Positions 26,000-35,128 of a stretch of 64,000 nucleotides of DNA are shown piece after piece (the first letter of the stretch is position 1; each line of letters starts with the position of its first letter). The position numbers and the translations under genes were made by a program. The notes under the pieces are model-generated. The model was given only the letters and a program-made list of their open reading frames with translations. It made no database searches and was not told where the DNA came from. Source of the DNA: Podarcis vaucheri (lineage: Eukaryota); the NCBI GenBank assembly GCA_965113315.1, contig OZ220364.1. One strand, written 5' to 3'.

Positions 26000-26822
26000 A
26001 ATGTTCCTAACCCCTACTTGTCTTTGCTCATAGAGTTGCTTTGTCCTTAGAAACCTCACAATCTGGTCCGAAATAGTTTAGTTCATATGTCTTCTGCCAG
26101 ATTCAATACACAGAGGTGGTTGGATAATGATTTCACCTTCCATTTGTTGAGAACTAGTTGCTTGAGGGAACTTTCACAATAAGGGAGAGGTTGCAGTAGT
26201 CCCTGGTAATTATTGTTTTGGTTAATGAAGTCCTAAATTCAGAGCCTGCTGAACAACGAAGGCTGAAGTCCTGTGCACACATAACGGGAATAAATCCCAC
26301 TTGCACTTGAGTCAGCATTCATAAGACCAAATAGAAAGGTGGCAAGGAGACAGCCATATCTATTTGCACTCTTACCAGCAGTCCTTGGGACTCAGCTGCT
26401 GAGCCTTGCTTTTGACAGGAGCAAGCTGTGCCCTACACTGGGGCAACCAGGCAACCAGCCAGCCAATGCTTCATACCTGGGAATGGCACAATAGGCCTCA
26501 TTCCTCATGCCCTGGTGGTTGAAGGGGGAGGAGGAGATGGGTGGGAATGTGAAGCAATGGGTGGGAAGGAGAACCTGCTATGTGACTCACTGAGAGAAAC
26601 CAACCAACATAGCTGCATTTTGGGAGTGCTTCTGAGGCCATAAAATTGGAAGAGGCTGTTCTGCAGCAAGGTTGTAAAACAGGCCTGTTGTGCAGGAACA
26701 TGCTTTAGTAGCATGAATAACACTGATGGTGTTAACACTGTGGTGGGTGGCCTGGTGTTTACATGAGCATGCACCAAAGTAATTATTTGGCAGTTCACAC
26801 AGTTCCTGGCAAAATGCATTTA

Positions 26823-27040
26823 CAGTGGTACCTCAGGTTAAGAACTTAATTCGTTTCAGAGGTCCGTTCTTAACCTGAAACTGTTCTTAACCTGAAGCAC
26901 CACTTTAGCTAATGGGGCTTCCCGCTGCCGCCGTGCCACGATTTCTGTTCTCAACCTGAAGCAAAGTTCTTAACTCAAGGTACTATTTCTGGGGTAGCGG
27001 AGTCTGTAACCTGAAGCGTCTTTAACCTGAGGTACCACTG
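26823..27040. mobile_element. Tc1/mariner MITE (same family as 9443-9668)
   Basis: TA TSD; TIR CAGTGGTACCTCAGGTTAA ... TTAACCTGAGGTACCACTG. Confidence 0.9.
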
Positions 27041-27337
27041 TACTTAAAAGACTTAAATAACTTTGGGGGGGGGGGGGTAGAAGAAACGCCAGCAGAATTA
27101 AAACAGATGTAAAACATTGTAAAAGGCCAGAGTCAATGTAAGAGATCTTCAGTTAATTGGGTAGGAGGCGTAACTTAGTGGTAAAGCACATGCAAAAGGC
27201 CACCTCAGTCTCCAGGTGAAGGATAACAGGGGATAGCTAATATTCACCTACTTGAGCCGCTGCTCAGAGTAAACATTACTGAGCTAGATGGACCAAGAGC
27301 CCTACCTGGTATAAGGTAGAATCCTATGTTCCCATGT

Positions 27338-27700
27338 AAAAGGTAAAGGTAAAGGTACCCCTGCCCGAACGGGCCAGTCTTGACAGACTGTGGGGTTTGT
27401 GCGCCCATCTCACATTTATTGGCCGGGGGCCAGCGCTGTCCGGGGACACTTCCGGGTCACGTGGCCAGCGTGACATCGCTGCTCTGGCGAGCCAGAGCCG
27501 CACACGGAACGCCGTTTACCTTCCCGCTGGTAAGCGGTACCTATTTACCTACTTGCACCCGGGGGAGCTTTCGAACTGCTAGGTGGGCAGGCGCTGGGAC
27601 CGAACAGCGGGAGTGCACCCCGCCGCGGGGATTCGAACCGCCGACCTTTCGATCGGCAAGCCCTAGGCGTTGAGGCTTTAGCCCACAGCGCCACCCGCGT
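27338..27700 (-). mobile_element. Sauria SINE, different and CpG-rich subfamily
   Basis: (AAAGGT)n tail, GGATTCGAACC (B box on minus), many intact CpGs. Confidence 0.9.
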
Positions 27701-28802
27701 GTACTTGGTACTAAAAGGATATAAAGTGCCAGCTGGGCTTCCTGGAGAGGACATTCCATAAATGTGGTGCCACCACTGAAAAGTCCCTTTCTCTGATCTC
27801 CCCCCCCCCGTCTAACCTAAATAGGTTGAAACACTTAGAGATGGGCCTCGGAAGATGACCTATGCATTTGAGCAGAGACCATGAGGCTGCAATCCTAACC
27901 CCAGCACCTGGGAGTAAGCCAGGCAAGCGAGAAGCACAGTTCAAGGCCACATTCCAAGGAGACACCTGAGGGCCAATGAAGGGTGTGGCCTCAGGAGGAG
28001 GCGTGGCCTAGGGAGAGGTGTGAAGGGCCTGCATCTCTCCCTCCCTGCCCAGGTCTGAAGTTCCCCAGGGAGGTTCAACTGGTGCCTTCATTATACACCT
28101 TTAGATGCCAAGCAAAAATGTTCCTCTTCAACCAGACCTTGGGCTGATTGACATCTTATACCCCTTTAAAAATTGTGTGTGGGAGGGGGTGAGCGGGGTT
28201 ATTGGTCTGTGGTTTTTTTTGTTCTTGTTTTTATCATGTGCTTTTATATTGTATTTTTAGGTTGTGAACTGCCCTGAGATATGTGGGCAAAGGACAGTAT
28301 ACAAATGTAATAAATTATCGTCTAAGCAGTACACCACTTTAGGTTTCAGGCAAGGAGTTTGGGAAAACACTGCACCGCACCACAGAGGAGTCTGTCAGAA
28401 ATAGTTGGGATTGTCACTATGTACATCCACTGCCTTTGATATGGGCAGTGACTGAAAGGGTCCAGACATGATGGATTAGATGTCGGGCTGGATCATTTGC
28501 TCCAGTAGCTACTTATGCCAGTCTTGGATACCCGACAGATTTATATTCTCTCTTCGATCAGAGGCCTTCAACTGGTGGATTGGGGACTCACTACCAGGTT
28601 GCCTGATCTAAGGTGGGTCACAACAGCAGCACTACCACCATACAAATGTATGGAATGAATGAATGAATGAATGAATGAATAGGTCCCCAAATACTTGTTT
28701 GGATTACATAGGGGTCCTGTGTATGAAACCGCAGAATATTGTTGCAGTTTAAACATTTATGTGCTATGTCACTAGGTTCATTGGCTGTGTGTTGGAGCCT
28801 AA

Positions 28803-28815
28803 TGCCACCTAGTGG
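28803..28815 (-). promoter_or_regulatory. Candidate CTCF site between the two LRRC8 genes
   Basis: TGCCACCTAGTGG reads CCACTAGGTGGCA on minus, a close match to the CTCF core consensus. Confidence 0.45.
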
Positions 28816-30099
28816 TTAAAATTATTCAAGCACCTCAAAGAGCAATCATAAAATGCACTTTTATTTGTGGTGGGTGTTCAAACTCTACTAGTCAAGGCTT
28901 TTCAGGTATAAGGCAAATAGCCGATTCTTCAAACCCCACTGAAGACTCAGCCTACGCACCACTGTGATTTGCTCTCCTATGTGATCAATTAGCTGCAGAC
29001 TTCCTTTTGGAAGGGAAGGTTATACATTTTTAAAGGGAATAAATAAATAGGTGGCCACTTTCTATTCCTAATATGGAATTAAGCCTCCTTACCAGTCTTC
29101 ACAGCATACAGATTTCTGGGATCACAACCAACCACATTGTTCGGCTGAGTCAGGTCTTACAAGACTGTATGTGGATAGAGTGGGTGATTATGTTCCTGTA
29201 TTGCACAAGTGAAAAATAATGCAACTTTAAGGAGAGATTTTGCAAAACTGAATCAAGGAATACAGTACATAAAACCTTGACCAAAATATATTGCATCTGT
29301 GCCAACTCTGACCACACATCAGAAAGGGAGGGACCTACCAGCTGATACATGCAAAAGACATGAGTCAGTCAGGTTTCAGGTCTTGTTATGGGACCTAGAG
29401 AAGCTGAGGGAGCTGAGAAAGAACAGGTGGGTGGTCCAAAACAGGGACAGTAGCTTAGGGTGCAGGCATCACAACAGAGAAGAGTCCCTCAGACTGGGGC
29501 TAAGGCTTTATTGGGCCTAGTGGACAGGGATTGGCCTTTGAGGGTCACATGACTGAATGCTCAGGTAGACCAGTATTACATGTCGTTGAAGCAGAGTTCA
29601 GCCTGCCAAACATGCAGTTAAAGCAGAGTCCTGGTGCTGCAGAGATTAAGACACCAGTCTGCTGGGAGTCCTGGTTTGTGCACACACAGTGGGTGCCATG
29701 TAACAGGCCTCTGCCTCCAGGGAGCTTGCAGTCTACAAGAGCCAGTATGCTGTGATGGCTATCATGTTGGTATTATACCAGGATCTTCAAACTGACCTGT
29801 ATCAACTTGCGTGCCCTTCCCTTTCTCCTGTGTGGCTAGAATTTCCATGTGCGTCACATTCTTCAAAGTTTCAATTAGTCCTTGATTCATTCTGAAAATC
29901 TTTTAGCCTCGTTATTTCAAAGTTGTGTAATGCAGGAACAGAATTCTTGCTCAAGCCACTCCACCCATCCCTGATGACCTTATGGCTGTTATTATCAGCC
30001 TTCCCTACCTCAAAGGGTTGTTATGAAGAGCAAATGAAGGCAGGGAACTATGTTTTGTGGGTGAGGAGTTCTCTAGTGGTTTAGTGGTCTTAGCTTAGC

Positions 30100-30162
30100 C
30101 CCTTCCTTCCTTCCTTCCTTCCTTCCTTCCTTCCTTCCTTCCTTCCTTCCTTCCTTCCTTCC
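30100..30162. repeat. (CTTC)n microsatellite
   Basis: Direct tandem repeat. Confidence 0.95.
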
Positions 30163-32919
30163 CTCCCCCCTCTCTCACATTTTTCCACTGTGAGTTACAG
30201 AAGACAGAATAAGAAGTGTGAGTGTGGGAGTTTGTCACAACTGGTAGCAATCCCTTTGCAAGCAAATGAATTCCGAGCAACGAGTTTTGCTTCCCTCCTC
30301 CTTCCTCCAGTCCTTTCGTCCTGCCTGGAGCTGCCATGGAAACGGAATAAAGCCTCTTGCACTGAGTACAGTGTGGTGTGCAGGCTTAACGCACAAGCAA
30401 AGGAGAGGGTCTGGGAGAGAAAGATCCTTGCAGACGGGAGAGAAAAGAGCAGAGGTTGTGCATGAAGAGTTCTAGAACCGCCTGCAGGTGAGGAATTGAT
30501 GCCAAATGGGATAAGGAAGTCAGAGAGGGGCAGAAGGTTGGCATGTAACCCTTCCAGTGTTATAACCACAGCCAAAAAAATGCTTGTGTCTATGCATGCT
30601 AAAACCACCCTTCTAAATGATATTTAAGGACAGCCTGCTGCAGATCTAGCAACAGTGAAGTGGTTCTGTTTCAAGGCTAAGTGTCTGGGAGTGCATGTTT
30701 TGTTGGTGGATGTTTTAGGGTGCCCCCAAACTGTTGATATTTTGTGGGAGGAATACACACACATACTGGAACTTTAGGTTTGCACAATTAAAGTGGATTG
30801 CAACCCTCTGTCATCCTAGTGTCACAAATCCACTTTAAATAAACAACATTGGACTTTTCGCAGTTTGAAAAGTGATGGGGAAATGCATTCAAAAGTGTGG
30901 GATGAGTGAATTATTATTATTATTATTTATTAAATTTGTATAACACCCTATTCTTGCAGGTCTAAGGGTGGTTCAATGACACGTAAACACCCTGCATGCA
31001 AATAAGGGTAAATGTAAGATAAATACTCTTTGTCATATAACTACCCCATAAACAAATCAGAACAAACGCTCAATGAAGATCAGACATTGACCAACTATTG
31101 TGTAAGCTTATCAGGATCATAGCTGTCAACGTTTTCCTTTTTTTAAGGGAAATTCCCTTATTCCGAATAGCAAGAAAAGGGAAAAGTTGACAGCTATGAT
31201 CAGGATGAATGTTGAATAAACAGGTTGTCTGGAGGAACCCCGAGTATCGTGAACAAACAACAACATTTTCAGCAGCAACAGCCAAAAGGAATTGGAATCT
31301 AAAGCAACAGCTGCTTTCAGAGACACCAGGATTAGATCCTCTCACAAACAACTTTTAGCACAAATGTGCAAATCACTTATTGGTATCTCTGCTTTTCAAC
31401 TTCAGGTAACAGTAATTCTTCCATCTACTCAGAGTAAGATATCATTAAGCCTAGGCCATTTCCCACTTGCCTGATCCACTGTAGGACGTGGAAAACAAAG
31501 ATGGGGAAATGGAAAGTTGCCTAAACGCCACAGAGTAAACCACCCTCTGTACAGCCTTAAGGCATTTTTCCATCTTTCCGCTTTCCACAAAGCGAAGTCT
31601 AGTTATAGGATCTAAGGAGAAACTGTGAGTAAGGAAGTGTTGTTGCTATTTATGACTTGGAGAGCATCTTGGCAGATGGCTATATGAATTATAGTCTTAG
31701 AATTTTTTAAAAAAACACATATTGAATCTTTTTCAAGCCACTCCATCTCATTGCAATTATTCTTATTATTCAATTAGGTATTTATATCCTGCTCTTCTGC
31801 GCCAAAAGCATAATCAAGACAGCATGCAGGATAAAATAATAACAAAAACAAACTAAAATGCAATGTTAAAAACAATAACAAGGAAGCCACAATAGCAGTA
31901 AAAAAAGCAGGGTTATTTTTTTAAAAAAAGTGTCCATAGGTCAGGGGTGGGAAACCTGTGGCTCTCCAGATGTTGTTGCAGACTCCTCAGTGGCAAGGGT
32001 TGATAGGAGCTTGAGGACTCATCTACATTAGTACGGAAAAGGTGTTTTATATGTGTTATAACACTGTGACACCAGATAGCACTGTGGAATTCCGTTTTTA
32101 GCCAACATGCTTTCCCACTATGTTGTTTACAACATGTTTTCCTGAAACACTTTTTTAATGTATCTAGATCCAGCCTAAGACCAGTGACAACTGGAGGGCT
32201 ACAAGTCCTTCCCTGCCCTAGATTATTTATTTTTTTTACATTTGGAATGGCAGTTGCCAACTCAGCATCCACAGATGCCCTGCTGCCCACATTGGTGCCC
32301 CTGGGTGGGGGAGGACAAATTATGAGCTTTCATCTTTTTCTTTTTTTAAAAAAAATAAGGCTCTAGCCTTCCAGGAAAGTTATGAAGCAAAACATACAGG
32401 TACCCTTCTAAGTGATTTTTGCAAGATGGGGGCTGCTGCCTGTCAATGCTTTTAACCAGCGGATGAAGCTGTGATTGATAAATGTGTTGTTTAGACACCA
32501 GGCATTAGGAATCCCTGGGATCCTAAAGAGCTACTGTTTCCCCCTGTCCTTTAGCGCACTTTTCCTGTTTCTGTCTGTCTTATTTATAGTCTTTGGATTC
32601 TCTTTAGTTTGCCCTTCTTTTCCCCGTAGCAGCCAGGATGCATCTTCCCTAAGGTCTCTTAGTGTTTACTAGGGCTTATTCCCAGGTAAGTGAGTGCAGG
32701 ATGGCAGCCTAGACTTTGGTTTATGGTTGACACTCAGGAAACAGGAGGTTCTTGTGTCTTTGGCAGCTGTATGGCAGGCAGAAACTCAACAGGTTAAGGC
32801 AAGCCTTTCCTAGTATGGAAAGCCTCGCCATAACTGTTCTGTCTCTAAGTTTGGGTTATGCCTGACCACTTTGTTCATCAATGACGGCGCTATCAATAGT
32901 GCCACACAATGCCCGCTGT

Positions 32920-33130
32920 ACCAGGAGAGGAGCATTCAGTGTGGCAGCATCAAAACGATGGAACTCCCTCCCAATGTGCATTATGCAAGCGCCTTCTGTT
33001 TTATAATTTCAAACACATTTCTGTTTAACCAAGCCTTCCTTGAAGTGTGACCAGTTCTGTATTTTAGTCATTTATCGCTGAACAGTTTTAATGTTTAACT
33101 TTTTATATTGTTCTGAGTAACTTTGTATTG
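32920..33130 (+). mobile_element. L2-type LINE 3' fragment
   Basis: AGAGCATTCAGTGTGGCAGCA...TGGAACTCCCTCCC (RAFSVAA..WNSLP-like). Confidence 0.55.
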
Positions 33131-33144
33131 CTCACAGTTTAGGG

Positions 33145-33175
<31 letters not shown>

Positions 33176-33266
33176 GCACTAGCTAAATGTGCTAAACATG
33201 CAGACTTTGTTTCAGTGCAATAGCCAAGGATGTTACTCAATTCCCACTTACCATTTGCTTCTAGTG

Positions 33267-34430
33267 ATGTTTAACCTGACAGAAGTGACCTTCCTCGGTG
33301 ACGCCCACGCTCGGTTCCAGACTCTAAAGCCTTGGTGGGATGTCCTGATGGACTACTTGGTAGTAGCGATGCTGATGGTCTCTCTCCTCTCAGGTACTCT
33401 GCTGATTTCTGTTGACCATATGACCTGCTTGCCTCTGAATTACAAGCTAAATGAGACCACAGCAGCTATGCTCAAGCCTGGAGCTATGAACAGTGCCACC
33501 AGTGAAGAGTTTTCTGCTGAGAACAGTGGACGCCCAATCAACCTTGACTACCAGCAGTACCTGTACATAAACCATGTCTGCTATCAGAATGCTTTGCCTT
33601 GGTTCTCCAAGTATTTTCCTTACCTAGCACTTGTCAACTCACTGATTTTAATAGCAAGCAGCAACTTCTGGTTCAGGTACCCTAAGACGTCCTCAAAGAT
33701 CGAACACTTCTTATCCATCCTCATGAAATGCTTCGAGTCACCTTGGACCATCAAGGCCGTCTCTGAAATGGTCTACCAGAATTTCCTAGACCTACCCCAA
33801 ACCACGGATACTAGAGGGTGTCAAGAACAATTTATTTCCCCTTCATCCTCTCCTATCCTTGACTGGAAGGAGAGGGAGCAGGGCCGGGCACTCTTTGAGA
33901 AGATCTGCAGATTCAGGGCACATGCTGAAGGTGCCAGCTTGATTTATATGGTCTACATGGGACAATCAATCTTCAGAGTCGCCAAGATCCTAACTGTGCT
34001 GGGCTACACCTCCAACTGCATAGGAGCCATCTCCTTTGAACATGTTTGCTGGCTGGACACAGAGAACCTCACCGGCTACTCTGTTTTCCTCTGTAACCAC
34101 AGCTTGGCTTTCATTCTGCAGAAGTTGATGGTGACCTACCTGTTCCTGGTATTCCTCTATGGGGTGGTGGGGGCTTACCCACTGTTGTGGCTGCTGCGGC
34201 AGCCGCTGCAGAAGTATTCCTTTAAGCAAATGCGAGAAGACAGTCACTTTCTTGGCATCCCAGATGTCTACAACGACTTTGCTTTCCTCCTGCACATGGC
34301 TGATCAGTGCGACCAGCTATACTCCTGGCGGTTTGCCATCTTCCTCTCAGCCATGAGCAAGAGCTCTTTGCTGGATGTGGGCCTTGAACACAAGGCAAGT
34401 ATTGAAGGGCTGCAGCTGCATGTGCATTGA
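33267..34430 (+). CDS. LRRC8D-like paralogue, 387 aa: four-TM pannexin-like domain with no LRR domain (functional truncated gene or young pseudogene)
   Basis: Acceptor TTTGCTTCTAG ending 33264, then TG-ATG; MFNLTEV...[15 protein letters not shown] (Cys54), NLDYQQY, ALPWFSKYFPYLAL, SSNFWFRYPKT, CFESPWT, AISFEHVC, DFAFLLHM are LRRC8D-type motifs; no stop or frameshift until TGA at 34428-34430. Confidence 0.85.
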   Translation: MFNLTEVTFLGDAHARFQTLKPWWDVLMDYLVVAMLMVSLLSGTLLISVDHMTCLPLNYKLNETTAAMLKPGAMNSATSEEFSAENSGRPINLDYQQYLYINHVCYQNALPWFSKYFPYLALVNSLILIASSNFWFRYPKTSSKIEHFLSILMKCFESPWTIKAVSEMVYQNFLDLPQTTDTRGCQEQFISPSSSPILDWKEREQGRALFEKICRFRAHAEGASLIYMVYMGQSIFRVAKILTVLGYTSNCIGAISFEHVCWLDTENLTGYSVFLCNHSLAFILQKLMVTYLFLVFLYGVVGAYPLLWLLRQPLQKYSFKQMREDSHFLGIPDVYNDFAFLLHMADQCDQLYSWRFAIFLSAMSKSSLLDVGLEHKASIEGLQLHVH

Positions 34431-34640
34431 GACTCAAGGGCATCAGAGAATTAAGGCTTCACAAGGCTGCCAGGCTACCTAGGGCCCTCTTCTGTGAAAT
34501 GGAAGTCCTGAAGCTTGCAAACAGTCCCAGACTAAAGCACCCAGAAAAATAGGTATACTAACCTTTCTTAATCCTCATTGGTCAAGATGGGCCCCACTGA
34601 CCTAGGAAGGCCCACAGTATTCCACATCACATTTCCTGAC
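34431..34640 (+). pseudogene. Frameshifted remnant of the first LRRs of the LRRC8D-like gene
   Basis: Shifted frame 34448-34552 reads ELRLHKAARLPRALFCEMEVLKLANSPRLKHPEK* (compare LRRC8D ELHLFMLSGVPDAVFDLTDLDVLKLELIPEAKIPAK); further shifted pieces GILTFLN and VKMGPT...VFHITFPD (compare SQMTNLQ and AKVEQT...CLHVKFTD). Confidence 0.7.
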
Positions 34641-34751
34641 AGGTCTCCACCAGTATCTCTCTAGCAACTTTGGCAAGATGAAAGATGCACTGTTCAGACC
34701 TGTCCTTGTTGGGCTGGGATTATGAATATGGATTTCATATGGATATGGAAG

Positions 34752-34935
34752 AAGGGGTACAGCTCAGTAGTTAAGCATGGGGTTTGTATGCAAAAGATCC
34801 TGGGTTCAATCGTTGGCATCTCCAGTTAGGGCTAGGAAAGGCTCCTGTCTGAAACCATGGAGAACTGCAGCCGGTCAGTAATACTGATCTAGACAGACCA
34901 AGAGTCTGATCCAGTTTCAGGAGCCTCTGATATTC
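34752..34935 (+). mobile_element. tRNA-derived SINE; related decayed copies at about 27165-27332(+), 10230-10370(-), 7525-7630(+)
   Basis: AGCTCAGTAGTT A box, GGTTCAATC B box, GGCATCTCCAG..AGGGCT.GGAAAG body. Confidence 0.65.
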
Positions 34936-35030
34936 TGATTAACTGAGGGCTGAAGATAAGGCAAATTCACAACTGGATCCTTTAACTTTCTTTTCTATTT
35001 TAATGCAGTACTTTTTATTAGCTGCTCTGC

Positions 35031-35036
35031 AATAAA
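35031..35036 (+). other. Candidate polyadenylation signal of the LRRC8D-like gene
   Basis: AATAAA about 600 nt downstream of the stop, preceded by a T-rich tract. Confidence 0.35.
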
Positions 35037-35093
35037 AACAACAGGTACCTGCATTGCCTGTGAACTTTCCTCCCTGGGGTTAACAACAGTGCG

Positions 35094-35128
<35 letters not shown>

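Noticed and set aside
32670-32712. Strong donor CCCAG|GTAAGT just upstream of the LRRC8D-like exon
   Set aside because: It is the reverse complement of a recurrent short repeat (GCTGCAATCCTA..CAC..ACCTGGGAGTAAG, also near 6410 and 27885), so it is not evidence of a real exon without transcript data.
33189-33266. 26-aa N-terminal extension of the 413-aa ORF in the track
   Set aside because: It starts at a GTG and crosses a splice acceptor (TTCTAG at 33264); LRRC8 homology begins at ATG 33267, which also puts the first conserved Cys at position 54.
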